Source: Edaphobacter aggregans
Lineage (GTDB): Bacteria > Acidobacteriota > Terriglobia > Terriglobales > Acidobacteriaceae
DNA length: 32,000 nt
NCBI RefSeq assembly: GCF_003945235.1
Contig: NZ_RSDW01000001.1
Coordinates: forward strand, 5,370,001 to 5,402,000
Direction: 5' to 3'
The translations under genes were made by a program, and so were the position numbers. The first letter of the stretch is position 1, and each line of letters starts with the position of its first letter. Shown here piece by piece: positions 1 through 9,126 of this stretch. Below the pieces are notes generated by a model that was not told where the DNA came from, searched no databases, and was given only the letters and a program-made list of their open reading frames with translations.

Positions 1-479
1 GAGACGAAGTGATGCATCTGAGTCCCTGTCTTTCTCATCCCTGTCTTCTCTGAAAGTCGTATTGAGGCCATGTTCCCCGAAGCCTTCTTGGTACGAAGCG
101 TTGTGCGGCCGAGAGCGCCGAACCAAAAGTCTGTCACGGCAATCAGAGCTTCCGACATCAAACCCCGCCCTTGCCACGGCAGACCGAGCCAAAAGCCTCT
201 ATTGTCGTCAGCCTGTTCCGCTAGGAGAATCGTCCCAATGTGAAGACCAGGGGCACTCTTCAGCCGAAGTGTCCAGTGCCACTCAAATCCTCCTTCGACT
301 GCGGGTAGGGCAACATCGCGATAGAAACTCAAAGCTCCATCGGGCGGATAGGGCCATGGAACAGAGGCGTTTAGAAAGCGAACGATTTCCCACTGTGGAA
401 ACAGCCTTTGGGTCTGCTCAGCATCGGAGAGGGCAAGAGGCCGCAAGATCAGGCGGCTGGTTTCAAGATGCGGAGTCAT
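1..479 (-). CDS. GNAT family N-acetyltransferase (RimJ/RimL-like), 3' end cut by the window edge
   Basis: Absent from the ORF track because it has no stop inside the window. Manual minus-strand translation from ATG at 479..477 gives MTPHLETSRLILRPLALSDAEQTQRLFPQWEIVRFLNASVPWPYPPDGALSFYRDV...NRGFWLGLPWQGRGLMSEALIAVTDFWF. It has the TSRLxLRP N-terminus and the Q-G-R-G acetyl-CoA loop typical of GNAT. The + strand ORF 62..481 is its antisense shadow. Confidence 0.8.
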   Translation of the reverse strand, partial: MTPHLETSRLILRPLALSDAEQTQRLFPQWEIVRFLNASVPWPYPPDGALSFYRDVALPAVEGGFEWHWTLRLKSAPGLHIGTILLAEQADDNRGFWLGLPWQGRGLMSEALIAVTDFWFGALGRTTLRTKKASGNMASIRLSEKTGMRKTGTQMHHFV

Positions 480-602
480 AGCACCGATTATAGAGTTGGC
501 CCCGCAATTCGGATGACACGATGGTGTTGCTCGATAACTCAACCTCTACGCAAGCTCCAACCTTCTCACGTTCTGGTGTCACCAGTCTGCCTGTACCGTG
601 TT

Positions 603-1157
603 TTACATGTATCGCAGATGGTCGGCTGAGATTCGATACAGGACGTGAGGCCTGAGCGTCGGATTTTCTACATCGGGATGATCAAAGTCACCATGCGGGT
701 CCAGCCTCATACCAATCTTCTGCATCACTCGGATCGACTTAACATTGTTCCGGCTGGCAAAAGATACCACCTCTTCCAAAGGAAGACTCTGGAAAGCTGT
801 TTGGAGAACAGCTGCTGCCGCCGCAGTAGCATAGCCCTTTCCCCAGGAGGGGGGAGTCAACCGCCAAAGGATCTCCACGCAAGGCGTAAATGGAGCGTTG
901 AAAGATGGAATGGACAGACCGACGATTCCTCCAAAGATGCCCGAAACTTCGATGGCATAAATACCGAATCCACGCTCATCGAACGCCTGGTCAATACGCG
1001 CGAGTGCAGCCTTGCTTTCCTCAGGCGACCAAGGACGCGGAAAGAACTCCATAACATTTAAGTCTGCATTCATCGCGATAAAGGCGTCGGTATCGGTCTT
1101 CCTCAGTCGGCGCAAACGGAGGGCGTTCGTGACGATTTCACCGGGGCAGATGGGCAT
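603..1157 (-). CDS. GNAT family N-acetyltransferase
   Basis: 184-aa ORF. It contains LRLRRLRKTDTDAFIAM, FGIYAIEV and the WGKGYATAAAAAVL acetyl-CoA binding loop. It sits in tandem with the upstream GNAT paralogue. Confidence 0.85.
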   Translation of the reverse strand: MPICPGEIVTNALRLRRLRKTDTDAFIAMNADLNVMEFFPRPWSPEESKAALARIDQAFDERGFGIYAIEVSGIFGGIVGLSIPSFNAPFTPCVEILWRLTPPSWGKGYATAAAAAVLQTAFQSLPLEEVVSFASRNNVKSIRVMQKIGMRLDPHGDFDHPDVENPTLRPHVLYRISADHLRYM

Positions 1158-1561
1158 GCACCGATGATAGCTGCCGTCGGTGTCTCTAGGGTATACATAA
1201 CTCTGACAATCCAGGTTCGCGAATCAAAACCATCGACGAACAAAAGACTTCATCTGTGTCTGTCGCTTTGATGGCCGCGGCGGTTTGCCTATTGCCTCCG
1301 CTCTACAGTCAACGCAACCAACACGCATCAACATTCCGCCATGCTCTTGCCGTTCGCTCCATGCTTGATCACGAGGCTTTTTGTGTGCCTTGCAGATGAT
1401 CCCTGCCATCGGTCGATCCTCCGCCGATGCATACTCCGCGGTTCTCCAGTGGTATACCTCCGGTTCTGTCCGTAGCTCGTGGATTGACCGAGCAATGGTC
1501 GCGAAGTTTCCGAAAAAGCAGCCTTTCAGGCAACGTCGTTTCTAGCTACTTGGCCGATCTG

Positions 1562-2073
1562 TCAAAGCACGCGTTTGTTTGGAGGTCGTAACTGTTTTCT
1601 GGATGTCAGGAATAGACCAATTGCAAGGGTTCCCAAGACTGCAAACAAGAGTAGATCCAATACGAAATGCATTGCGTCAGGCGCGGGATGTCCCGGCGAT
1701 ACGGGAAATATCTTGAAGGTTCTTTCAAGTGCTTTTGCGTTACTGAGTGCCCGCTGATCAGCGCCGAAATCCAAGGCACCCACCAGCTCTGAATTTGAAG
1801 CAAAGCCCATACGCCGTATCCGGCTGCTCCTAACCACATAAGCCAGGTCCATCGCTTCCAAAATGCCAAGATGAAAAGCATCAGAGGAAGCACCATAAGA
1901 ATTGCGAAGCCAAATGCTAACGCTGCCTGTCCTTCTCGAGCCAGCTCACCCAACCTTTTTCCTGGTTGGTCGTTCCAAGCCCCTAGCCGAAACCAGAGAA
2001 TGAGCTGAAAATAGGCTGCGAGAACGAACTGAAGGACAAGCGAAACTCTCAGCCGACGCTTCATATATTTCAA
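1562..2073 (-). pseudogene. 4-TM membrane protein gene interrupted by a single-base frameshift (or a sequencing error)
   Basis: ORFs 1606..2073 and 1562..1861 overlap in different frames. The first 102 aa of the former look protein-like (three hydrophobic helices, ending LLQIQSWWVPWI). So do the last 68 aa of the latter (FGADQRALSNAKALERTFKIFPVSPGHPAPDAMHFVLDLLLFAVLGTLAIGLFL). The other tails do not. The frames meet at the A3 run 1767..1769; on the minus strand TGG ATT TCG GC would read W-I-F-G with one more T. Confidence 0.5.
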
Positions 2074-2140
2074 CCTTTAGACTCTAAATTCTGCCGCGAC
2101 AACAATCCTAACAATGGCGGTTTGCTCTTTCGTTTCGGAG

Positions 2141-2228
2141 TGCTCGCAAAACGGTGTTATCGGAAGGGTTCATCGTGAAGTTGCCGAAGACCCGACTTTT
2201 TCATGCGTAACGAAGATCACTTCCGATA
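2141..2228 (+). repeat. Intergenic repeat family, full-length copy
   Basis: TGCTCGCAAAACGGTGTTATCGGAAGGGTTCATCGTGAAGTTGCCGAAGACCCGACTTTTTCATGCGTAACGAAGATCACTTCCGATA aligns along its length with 6326..6405 and 9889..9972. Confidence 0.8.
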
Positions 2229-2282
2229 AGCTGACTTACCGGTACGGGTATCATGCAATAAACTTTTTGCTAGCTTTTGAGG

Positions 2283-4625
2283 ATGCAAATCGTGACTAGT
2301 TCCCAAATCCGCTCGGCCTGCCTCCTCGCAACAGCACTGTCGTTCTGCATCCCTCGAATAGCCGCGCAGGAGCCCGACCGTACCCTCCTGCCAATTTCCC
2401 CGGCGCCGTTTCGCGGAACCGTCGATTCAACCTATGCCACATCTACCCCATATGCACTTGCCCCTATCCATGCGCCGGCAGGCGCGCCCAACGTCCTGGT
2501 AGTGCTCATCGACGACGCAGGCTACGGCCAATCCGGCACCTTTGGTGGCCTCATTCCGACTCCAACCCTCGACCGTCTCGCACAAGGCGGTCTGCGTTAC
2601 ACACGATTTCACGTGACTGCGCTCTGCTCGCCCACGCGCGCCGAGTTAATGACCGGCCGCAACCACCACGCCGTCGGCATGGGCACCATTACCAATTGGA
2701 GCACTGATTACCCGGGATACAACGCGTCCATCCCCAAAAGCGCAGCCTTCCTCTCGGAGATCCTGCGCGACAATGGATATGCCACCGCCGCCTTCGGCAA
2801 ATGGCATCTCATTCCCGAGCGCGAGGCGACCCTCTCCGGCCCGTTCGACCACTGGCCAACCCATCAGGGCTTCGACTACTTCTATGGCTTCCTCAACGGC
2901 GAGACAAACCAGTGGAACCCCGAGCTCACGCTCGGTACCCAACCCGTCGAGATGGTCCCCCCGCCCGGTCGCAAAGACGACTACACCCTCAACGAAGACC
3001 TCGCCGACCACGCCATCGAATGGATCAAGTCCGAAAAATCCCTCGCTTCCGATCGTCCCTTCTTTATCTACCTCGCCCCCGGGGCCACACACGCTCCCCT
3101 CCAGGCACCCAAAGCATGGATAGATAAATTTAAGGGCCAATTCGACATGGGCTGGGACCGCTACCGGGAGGTAGTCTTCGAACGGCAAAAGAAACTAGGC
3201 GTAGTCCCTGAAGACGCCAAACTGACCCCACGACCATCTTCTATCCCCGCGTGGGATTCCCTCACTCCAGACGAGAAGAAACTCGCCTCCAGACTGATGG
3301 AAGTCTTCGCCGGATTCATGGCCCAAACCGACCACGAGATGGGCCGCATCATCGACGCCGTTGCAGCCACCGGCCAACTCGACAACACGCTCATTATCTA
3401 CATCGCCGGCGACAATGGTGCCAGCCTTGAAGGCGGCCTCAAGGGAACCGACAACTCAATGGCCCAGATTAATGGCTTGCCGCAGAACATCACCGACATG
3501 GTCTCCCGTCTGGACCAGCTCGGAGGCCCGCACACCACGCCCCACTACCCAGTCGGCTGGGCCTGGGCCGGCAATGCTCCCTTTCAATGGGGCAAACGCA
3601 TCGCCTCTCATCTCGGCGGAACCCGGGACCCCATGGTCGTCTTCTGGCCCAATCGCATCAAAGACGCAGGCGGCGTCCGCTATCAATACGAAAACGTAAC
3701 CGACATCCTTCCCACCGTCCTCGAGGCCACTGGCATCCCTCAACCCACCTCCGTGAACGGCATCAAGCAGCAGCCCATCGACGGCATCAGCATGCTCTCC
3801 ACCTTCGCTTCACCCTCCGCCCCGCCCAACCGCACCACGCAATACTTTGAGATGCTCGGCAACCGCGCCATCTACAAGGACGGCTGGATCGCCGCAACGC
3901 GCAGCGGCCTCTTGCCCTGGATCTACACCACAGCGCGCGAGAGCATGATGCAACAGCCCTGGGAACTCTACCATCTTGCCAACGATTACTCCGAAGCCGA
4001 CGACCTCGCCGAACAATATCCCGACAGGCTGAAGCACCTGCAGCAACTCTTCGACACCGAAGCCCAGAAGAACCATGTCTACCCGCTCGACCCGCGCGTC
4101 GCCGGAAGACAGGAACGTCCGACCGGCAAGCACTTCACCTACTACGCCCCCACGGGCCACCTCTACGTCTCGCTCACGCCGCAGTATGAAAACCACTCGC
4201 ACACGATCACCGCATACATCAACGTGCCCAAAGAAGGCGCCAGCGGAGTCCTCCTCGCCGACGGAGCAGAAAGCGGCGGCTTCTCCCTCTTCCTCAAAGA
4301 CGGCAAGCCTACCTACACCTACAATTACTTCGAGCGCAAAACCACCACGATCGCCTCGCCCGACCCACTGCCTCCCGGCCCGGCCACCATCCACCTCGAC
4401 TTTGCCTATGACGGCGGAGGCATCGGCAAAGGCGCACTTGCCACGTTGTACGTCAACAATCGATTCGTCGCAAAATCCCGAATCGAACAGACCGTTCCCA
4501 TGGCCTTCTCTTTCGAGGATACCTTCGACATAGGCGAAGACAGTGCCTCACCTGTAGGCGACTACCAAAGCCCCTTCCCCTTTACCGGCACCATCGACCA
4601 CATCAACTTCGACATCTCAAATTGA
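2283..4625 (+). CDS. Arylsulfatase (Cys-type, formylglycine-dependent), secreted
   Basis: ~780-aa ORF with a signal peptide (LLATALSFCIPRIAAQE). It has the sulfatase metal-binding start VLIDDAGYG and the C-x-P-x-R signature LCSPTRAELMTGRNHH, followed by GKWHL. The start is ambiguous (TTG 2277, ATG 2283, GTG 2292). Opposite-strand ORFs inside it are GC shadows. Confidence 0.93.
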   Translation: MQIVTSSQIRSACLLATALSFCIPRIAAQEPDRTLLPISPAPFRGTVDSTYATSTPYALAPIHAPAGAPNVLVVLIDDAGYGQSGTFGGLIPTPTLDRLAQGGLRYTRFHVTALCSPTRAELMTGRNHHAVGMGTITNWSTDYPGYNASIPKSAAFLSEILRDNGYATAAFGKWHLIPEREATLSGPFDHWPTHQGFDYFYGFLNGETNQWNPELTLGTQPVEMVPPPGRKDDYTLNEDLADHAIEWIKSEKSLASDRPFFIYLAPGATHAPLQAPKAWIDKFKGQFDMGWDRYREVVFERQKKLGVVPEDAKLTPRPSSIPAWDSLTPDEKKLASRLMEVFAGFMAQTDHEMGRIIDAVAATGQLDNTLIIYIAGDNGASLEGGLKGTDNSMAQINGLPQNITDMVSRLDQLGGPHTTPHYPVGWAWAGNAPFQWGKRIASHLGGTRDPMVVFWPNRIKDAGGVRYQYENVTDILPTVLEATGIPQPTSVNGIKQQPIDGISMLSTFASPSAPPNRTTQYFEMLGNRAIYKDGWIAATRSGLLPWIYTTARESMMQQPWELYHLANDYSEADDLAEQYPDRLKHLQQLFDTEAQKNHVYPLDPRVAGRQERPTGKHFTYYAPTGHLYVSLTPQYENHSHTITAYINVPKEGASGVLLADGAESGGFSLFLKDGKPTYTYNYFERKTTTIASPDPLPPGPATIHLDFAYDGGGIGKGALATLYVNNRFVAKSRIEQTVPMAFSFEDTFDIGEDSASPVGDYQSPFPFTGTIDHINFDISN

Positions 4626-4677
4626 CGCACCATCCATCCCCACATCGCCACCGCATCGGTCACGGTAGACTCTCGAT

Positions 4678-4896
4678 ATGGGAGAGAACGTCTGGCCGCT
4701 TTGGTTTGAACAAGAGCGCGAGGACGGTGAGGATACGGAGCTTCTCATAGGCGTATACCGAACCGAAGAGGCTGCAAGAGGGGCTATCGTGCGCCTGAAA
4801 GATCAGGCTGGGTTCAAAGATTACCTCGAGGGGTTCCACATCTATTCGCGGACCTTGGACAAAGATTCGTGGACTGAAGGATTTGCTAGGGTGTAG
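4678..4896 (+). CDS. Small acidic hypothetical protein (72 aa)
   Basis: The composition is protein-like (WFEQEREDGEDTELLIGVYRTEEAARGAIVRLKDQAGFKDYLEGFHIY). The overlapping minus ORF 4660..4989 looks non-coding. A hairpin AGCTCT-N6-AGAGCT (4895..4912) starts at the stop codon. Confidence 0.5.
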   Translation: MGENVWPLWFEQEREDGEDTELLIGVYRTEEAARGAIVRLKDQAGFKDYLEGFHIYSRTLDKDSWTEGFARV

Positions 4897-4921
4897 CTCT
4901 GACTTAAGAGCTCGTTGGAAA

Positions 4922-4964
4922 GCAAGTTGCCGCAAACCCGACTTTGCGGGAGGTTCATGATGGA
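4922..4964 (+). repeat. Intergenic repeat family, right-half copy
   Basis: GCAAGTTGCCGCAAACCCGACTTTGCGGGAGGTTCATGATGGA matches the AAGTTGCCG-AA-AC-CGACTT core of the other copies (19 of 22 against the 2178..2199 segment). Confidence 0.65.
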
Positions 4965-5142
4965 CTGCTTCTTGACAGCCACAAAGCAATCGGCGGTCAC
5001 TCTCTACAATTTGCCGTGGCGGAGGTCGGGCGAGAAAGCAAAAGCGAAGTGCGGAGATTCTTTCCCTTCGACAAGCTCAGGGTCAGAATGACGGCTTAAA
5101 TTAGGCAGCCCGGGTTGATTTGTGTCGTCTAGGGCCGAACTC

Positions 5143-6207
5143 TCATTCGGATCCAAGGGGAACGGTCCAGATTCGCGCATGCGGATTGAACAACCCTTCG
5201 CCTATCCGATCGAAGATGAGTGACGAATTTGTCAGCCAACGGAGGTCGTAGGTCTCATCTTTGGATGGGAGGGTGACTTGTCGTGGCGCTCCTCCCTCGG
5301 TTGAGATGACCCATATTGTGGATCCGCCCCAGAACTCTAGATCGGTCCTGTGCTGTGCCAAGCGAGGAGCAAAAGTGACGTATGCGATCGATTTTCCGTC
5401 CGGCGACGGAACTGGCAGGCCGGCATTTTTAGTTGGCCAGAGCTCGCGGCGATCCGTTCCGTCGGCTCGGATGGTGTAGAGAGAAGAACCAGAGAAGAGC
5501 GCGAGGTGAACGCTATCGGAGAACCATGGATTCCAATTTGGTTTGATGTAGTCCCAGTTCGGATCAGGATGGACCGAAAATGGTCCGAGATCTTTCCATG
5601 TGTTTTTTCCGATGTCGTAGGTCCAAAAGTTTTGACCTCTCAAGTCGCCTATTGCAAGATATCGTCCATCAGGAGAGGGGACGATCAAGGCTTCATTCTG
5701 AAACCATCTGTCGAAGGTCGCCACCGGCCCGTTGATTGTTTCCAGATACGTAGTTGGACCTGAATACTCAATCCAGACAAAACCATTGAAGGCGGGAATA
5801 TATTGCGCACGTTCTGCTCCAAATGGCGAGTTGGGCGTATGCGTTTGAGGCATTGCGCCATTTTTCTGCGAGCCTTCCGGAGTTACGAGGCTGAAGCGCC
5901 AATCGCGATAGCTGGAGATAGCGCTGCTATCTGGCAACCACTCTCCGAGAAAGCCTTCGACATTTGGATCGCGGAGATGGTTTCCTTCTCGGTCGGCGAA
6001 CGCGACGTTGGAGCGTAGATGGGAGCGTCCCATGCCTGCGGTTCCGTCCCTCTTCATCCCAGTAAGCACATAGGCGACGAGCTTGCCATCGGGGCTGGGA
6101 ACGGGTTGGTAGGCGTCTACGTCGAGGAACATTGTCTCGTGCTGGGAGACTGCGAACAGATTGACGCCCACGCAAAACAGGAGGACCGCAACTGTGCGTG
6201 ACCACAT
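5143..6207 (-). CDS. Secreted TolB-like WD40/PD40 beta-propeller repeat protein
   Basis: 354-aa ORF with a signal peptide (MWSRTVAVLLFCVGVNLFAVS). The PD40 signature SPDG recurs: PSPDGKLVAY, PSPDGRYLAI, PSPDGKSIAY. Confidence 0.85.
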   Translation of the reverse strand: MWSRTVAVLLFCVGVNLFAVSQHETMFLDVDAYQPVPSPDGKLVAYVLTGMKRDGTAGMGRSHLRSNVAFADREGNHLRDPNVEGFLGEWLPDSSAISSYRDWRFSLVTPEGSQKNGAMPQTHTPNSPFGAERAQYIPAFNGFVWIEYSGPTTYLETINGPVATFDRWFQNEALIVPSPDGRYLAIGDLRGQNFWTYDIGKNTWKDLGPFSVHPDPNWDYIKPNWNPWFSDSVHLALFSGSSLYTIRADGTDRRELWPTKNAGLPVPSPDGKSIAYVTFAPRLAQHRTDLEFWGGSTIWVISTEGGAPRQVTLPSKDETYDLRWLTNSSLIFDRIGEGLFNPHARIWTVPLGSE

Positions 6208-6325
6208 GCCCGCAAGTGTAGATCATTCCCTTGATGTGCAGATCAGTATTGCGTTTAGGCGCAGTTGAACGGATCGCGTCACACGTACGCAAGCCGGACT
6301 GGGAGAGGAGCAGTCGGTCGTGAAC

Positions 6326-6405
6326 TTCCGGGAAACGGAGTTTCGGAAATTACAAGCGAACTTGCCGAAAACGTGACTTTGCAGGCGGTGGATCACTTTG
6401 GATCA
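6326..6405 (+). repeat. Intergenic repeat family, full-length copy
   Basis: TTCCGGGAAACGGAGTTTCGGAAATTACAAGCGAACTTGCCGAAAACGTGACTTTGCAGGCGGTGGATCACTTTGGATCA. Confidence 0.85.
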
Positions 6406-6662
6406 GAGCGAATGAGGTAGTACCGCCGCATGGTTTCCGCTACGACACCGGCCAGTGCATAAGTTGCGGCATTTGTAATGAGGACGAAGTAGAAGCCTTG
6501 CGGGTGTCGTCCGGCCATTGCTATTGGGCAGGTCAGATACACGAGAGCCCGTCCAACGCCGTCCGTGCCAAGCGAATTCGAAAGAGTCGCGGAGATATAG
6601 ATTCTCCAGGCGACGACAACGAGCGCACCCAAAGTGGCCCAGATGGCGATTCGGCTTTTCAT
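6393..6662 (-). CDS. Small hydrophobic membrane protein (89 aa from the internal ATG)
   Basis: MKSRIAIWATLGALVVVAWRIYISA... has about three hydrophobic segments. GAGGGAG lies 7 nt upstream of the ATG at 6662. The 3' end overlaps repeat copy 6326..6405. Confidence 0.5.
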   Translation of the reverse strand: MKSRIAIWATLGALVVVAWRIYISATLSNSLGTDGVGRALVYLTCPIAMAGRHPQGFYFVLITNAATYALAGVVAETMRRYYLIRSDPK

Positions 6663-6759
6663 GCCGCCGCTCCCTCTACCCTGCGCCCTAATTATCCTCC
6701 TAGGGCCGCAATTTTGCAGCCGCCATGTGGAACCTTGATTTGCCACTGCTAACCCTAGG

Positions 6760-6812
6760 TTCGCAAAACGGGGTTATGGGAAACCGATAATCCAACTTTT
6801 CAGAAACAGCCG
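6760..6812 (+). repeat. Intergenic repeat family, degenerate copy (left half conserved)
   Basis: TTCGCAAAACGGGGTTATGGGAAACC matches CTCGCAAAACGGTGTTATCGGAAGGG at 2143..2168. The right half has diverged. Confidence 0.5.
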
Positions 6813-6829
6813 TTGAACCTTGCATTGAC

Positions 6830-7081
6830 GTGGAGCTGGGGCGATCATTGGGCACGAGGATGATCTGGTGTTGGCGGTGCAAGATGGAGGTGCCGATGCT
6901 TGACGAGGTGGAGTACGCCCAGGTGATCCATCTATATAGCGAGGTGATACGTGGGACCAAGGATCTTCGACGAGAGAAGTCACTCTCGCTGGGCGCAACT
7001 AGCCTCCATGAACTATTCAGGTTTGTGTGCGACCGCCATGAAGAGTCGGCAGGCGTAAAGAATTGTCATGAGAACGCTTAG
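6830..7081 (+). CDS. Small hypothetical protein
   Basis: 83-aa ORF (MIWCWRCKMEVPMLDEVEYAQVIHLYSEVIRGTKDL...). The start is uncertain (GTG 6830 or ATG 6860). It overlaps the next gene start by 14 nt. No recognisable domain. Confidence 0.35.
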   Translation: MELGRSLGTRMIWCWRCKMEVPMLDEVEYAQVIHLYSEVIRGTKDLRREKSLSLGATSLHELFRFVCDRHEESAGVKNCHENA

Positions 7082-7814
7082 CATGACAGTGCGGCGTACG
7101 GTCTGCGTCATTGCGGTGCTGTGCACTTTTGTCTGGGCTGTCCCAGTCGGTGCCCAGCAGCAACAACAGAAGCCCGAAGATCCCGAAGATGAGAAGCAGA
7201 TAGGGCTCTGGCTCGATCAGGGAGTATCCACCGGCCTTTCAGCGAATAAATCTCTGGATCTCGAATTCCATGAGCGGTTTGACGAGGGAGGGTCCAACCT
7301 CTATGAGTACTTCGTTCAAGGCGGCGTTGCCTTTCGTCTGCGGCCCTGGATCACGTTGATACCGATTTATCGTTACCAGCGCTTTCCAGGAAATCCCAAT
7401 ATTACTTACGAAAACAGATTGCAATTCAATGTCACGTTGAGCACATCCCACAGCCCCTGGCGGCCGACCCTGCGCACCCTCATCGAGGGACGGTTTGTCG
7501 ATAACCAATCTGCTTCAGCACGCCTTCGATTTCGCCCCGGCATCGACTACACCTTGCCGCTTCGCGTGGCGCGGCCTCCGGTACTCGTGGTGAGCAATGA
7601 GTTTTTCATCGTTCCGGGAAACAATCCCTTCGCCAACGGCGGCAGCAGCTACACTCAGAACCGCTTCCAGGTGGGAGTACGACTGCCCATCGCCGATTCA
7701 TTCTCTGTTCGGCCTTACTACTTATTACAGTCAGTTAACCTGCCCAGTGGCTGGGATACAAACGAAATCTTTGGTATCTCGCTAGCCCTCAGGATTCCGG
7801 GCAAAACCAAGTGA
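7068..7814 (+). CDS. DUF2490-like outer-membrane beta-barrel protein
   Basis: 248 aa with a signal peptide (VIAVLCTFVWAVPVGAQ). It shows an alternating beta-strand pattern with aromatic-rich strands (RLRPWITLIPIYRYQRF, RFRPGIDYTL, FSVRPYYLLQ). The family assignment is from memory of DUF2490 proteins. Confidence 0.7.
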   Translation: MRTLSMTVRRTVCVIAVLCTFVWAVPVGAQQQQQKPEDPEDEKQIGLWLDQGVSTGLSANKSLDLEFHERFDEGGSNLYEYFVQGGVAFRLRPWITLIPIYRYQRFPGNPNITYENRLQFNVTLSTSHSPWRPTLRTLIEGRFVDNQSASARLRFRPGIDYTLPLRVARPPVLVVSNEFFIVPGNNPFANGGSSYTQNRFQVGVRLPIADSFSVRPYYLLQSVNLPSGWDTNEIFGISLALRIPGKTK

Positions 7815-7860
7815 GGCGTTGCCGTAAACCGGCGATGGCACGAATGACCTCGCGTAAGCG

Positions 7861-7908
7861 CCGCAGGTCTGGTTTTCCGGACTTGGCGTTGTTGTTCACG
7901 AAAACCGG
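7861..7908 (-). repeat. Intergenic repeat family, inverted copy truncated by the IS30-family element
   Basis: The reverse complement CCGGTTTTCGTGAACAACAACGCCAAGTCCGGAAAACCAGACCTGCGG aligns with GTTTTCGGAAACAACAACCGAAGTTGCCGCAAACGTGACTTCCCAGG of copy 9889..9972. It ends exactly at the IS terminus. Confidence 0.6.
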
Positions 7909-7933
7909 GGCGGTCTCAACCGGTGGATGCAAC
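7909..7933. repeat. IS30-family terminal inverted repeat (left in window coordinates)
   Basis: Base-by-base comparison with the reverse complement of 9102..9126 gives 24 of 25 identical. It overlaps the transposase stop codon (7916..7918). Confidence 0.9.
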
Positions 7934-9076
7934 GATGGCTTGGAGTTTACTAGCCGGGGTTTCAAAGCCCAAAGTTTTCCGTGGGCGTTGATTGAGGCGC
8001 TGGGCCACTTTGTCCAGATCGGCTTGGGAATAACCGGATAGGTCACTCTTCCTAGGAAAGTACTGTCGCAGCAGACCGTTGGTGTTCTCGTTGGTGCCTC
8101 GCTGCCAAGGGCTTTGTGGATCACAGAAGTAGACGTTCACCTTTGTGGCCACGGTGAAGCTCTTGTGTTTGGCCATCTCCAGCCCCCGGTCCCAGGTCAA
8201 CGAGCGTCTCAGGGACGCGGGGAGTTTACGAACCTGCCGGGTCAACGCGTCGACAACGGTCGCTGTGTCCTTGCTGGGCACTTTGACCAGGATGGTAAAA
8301 CGCGAATGTCGTTCCACCAGGGTTGCGATGTGACTGTTGCCGGGGCCGCTGAGCAGATCTCCCTCCCAATGCCCAGGAATGGCGCGATCTTCAATCTCTG
8401 CGGGCCTTTCGCTGATGGAGATGGCATCGACGATCTGACCTCGAGACTGTCCGCCAGCGCGAGCATGCACTGAGCGGCGGATAAGCTGTTTGGATCGCAG
8501 GTGCTGCATCAGCTCCTTTTTCAGCACTCCTCGAGCCTGGATGAATAAGCTGCGGTAGATCGTCTCGTGGGACACGCGCATGCTCTCGTTGCGGGGATAT
8601 CGTCTCTCCAACCAACCGGAAATCTGCTCCGGCGACCAGTCCAGGATCAGTTTACGGGCCACGATCGTCCCCAGCTTTACATGGGTAGCGAGAAGGCACG
8701 TCTTAGGTCGCAGAGCGGACTTCCAGGCCTGATGATCGGCCTCACTGGCTCGATACACCGGGCGCCCACCGTGACGCGCCACCTCCCGGCTCACCGTCGA
8801 CGCTGCCCGTCGCAACCCTCTCGCTATCTCCCGGATCGATGAACCGGAAGCTATGCCTCGTGAGATGGCTTCCCGCTCGGCCAACGTCAGCGTTCGCTGC
8901 GAACGGCGACGAATGGCTGGAGCTATCCCACCGTGTCGAGATAACAGGAAATGAATCGAGCCATGGTCCTTGTCGAAGACACGACCAATCTCATGCAACG
9001 ACTCTCCAGACTTCCAACGGTGCCAAAGGTCCGCCTTCTGCTCCGCACAAAGACCGTACCGTCTTCCTCGTCTCAT
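7916..9076 (-). CDS. IS30 family transposase
   Basis: N-terminal HTH regions (SLHEIGRVF, SSIREIARGLRRAASTVSREV) precede a DDE core with the IS30 hallmarks PGHWEGDLL, TWDRGLEM and PWQRGTNENTNGLLRQYFPK-like (RQYFPRKSDLS). GGAGGTG lies upstream of ATG 9076; the track start at 9091 is GTG. Confidence 0.93.
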   Translation of the reverse strand: MRRGRRYGLCAEQKADLWHRWKSGESLHEIGRVFDKDHGSIHFLLSRHGGIAPAIRRRSQRTLTLAEREAISRGIASGSSIREIARGLRRAASTVSREVARHGGRPVYRASEADHQAWKSALRPKTCLLATHVKLGTIVARKLILDWSPEQISGWLERRYPRNESMRVSHETIYRSLFIQARGVLKKELMQHLRSKQLIRRSVHARAGGQSRGQIVDAISISERPAEIEDRAIPGHWEGDLLSGPGNSHIATLVERHSRFTILVKVPSKDTATVVDALTRQVRKLPASLRRSLTWDRGLEMAKHKSFTVATKVNVYFCDPQSPWQRGTNENTNGLLRQYFPRKSDLSGYSQADLDKVAQRLNQRPRKTLGFETPASKLQAIVASTG

Positions 9077-9101
9077 GAACATCACCTCCACATCAGATGA
9101 T

Positions 9102-9126
9102 GTTGCATCGACCGGTTGAGACCGCC
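9102..9126. repeat. IS30-family terminal inverted repeat (right in window coordinates)
   Basis: This is the reverse complement of 7909..7933 with one mismatch. Confidence 0.9.

Larger units (their letters stand above)
7909..9126 (-). mobile_element. IS30-family insertion sequence, apparently intact (1218 bp)
   Basis: A single transposase ORF is bounded by 25-bp terminal inverted repeats that match at 24 of 25 positions: GGCGGTCTCAACCGGTGGATGCAAC at 7909..7933 and its reverse complement at 9102..9126. No clean target-site duplication is visible (left flank ...CCGG, right flank AGAC...). Confidence 0.9.

Noticed and set aside
62-481. 139-aa + strand ORF at the left edge
   Set aside because: It is R/S/Q-rich and looks non-protein-like. 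The opposite strand encodes a convincing GNAT acetyltransferase (1..479) in this interval, so this is an antisense shadow.
1224-1541. Open minus-strand frame of ~105 codons (track ORF 1224..1409 plus 44 upstream codons lacking any ATG/GTG/TTG)
   Set aside because: There is no usable start for the longer frame, no domain I recognise (two CxxC-like pairs only), and the tail is K/R-rich. It may be a gene remnant, but I cannot support a call.
2427-4533. Numerous 60-190 aa ORFs on both strands inside the sulfatase gene
   Set aside because: They are P/R/G/S-rich low-complexity translations typical of off-frame GC-rich coding DNA. The 782-aa sulfatase frame explains the region.
5031-5095. AAAGCAAAAGCGAAGTGCGGAGATTCTTTCCCTTCGACAAGCTCAGGGTCAGAATGACGG, reminiscent of REP-like elements that translate as ...FDKLRVRMT... 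in soil bacteria
   Set aside because: There is only one copy in this window, so a repeat cannot be demonstrated from the sequence given. The resemblance rests on memory alone.
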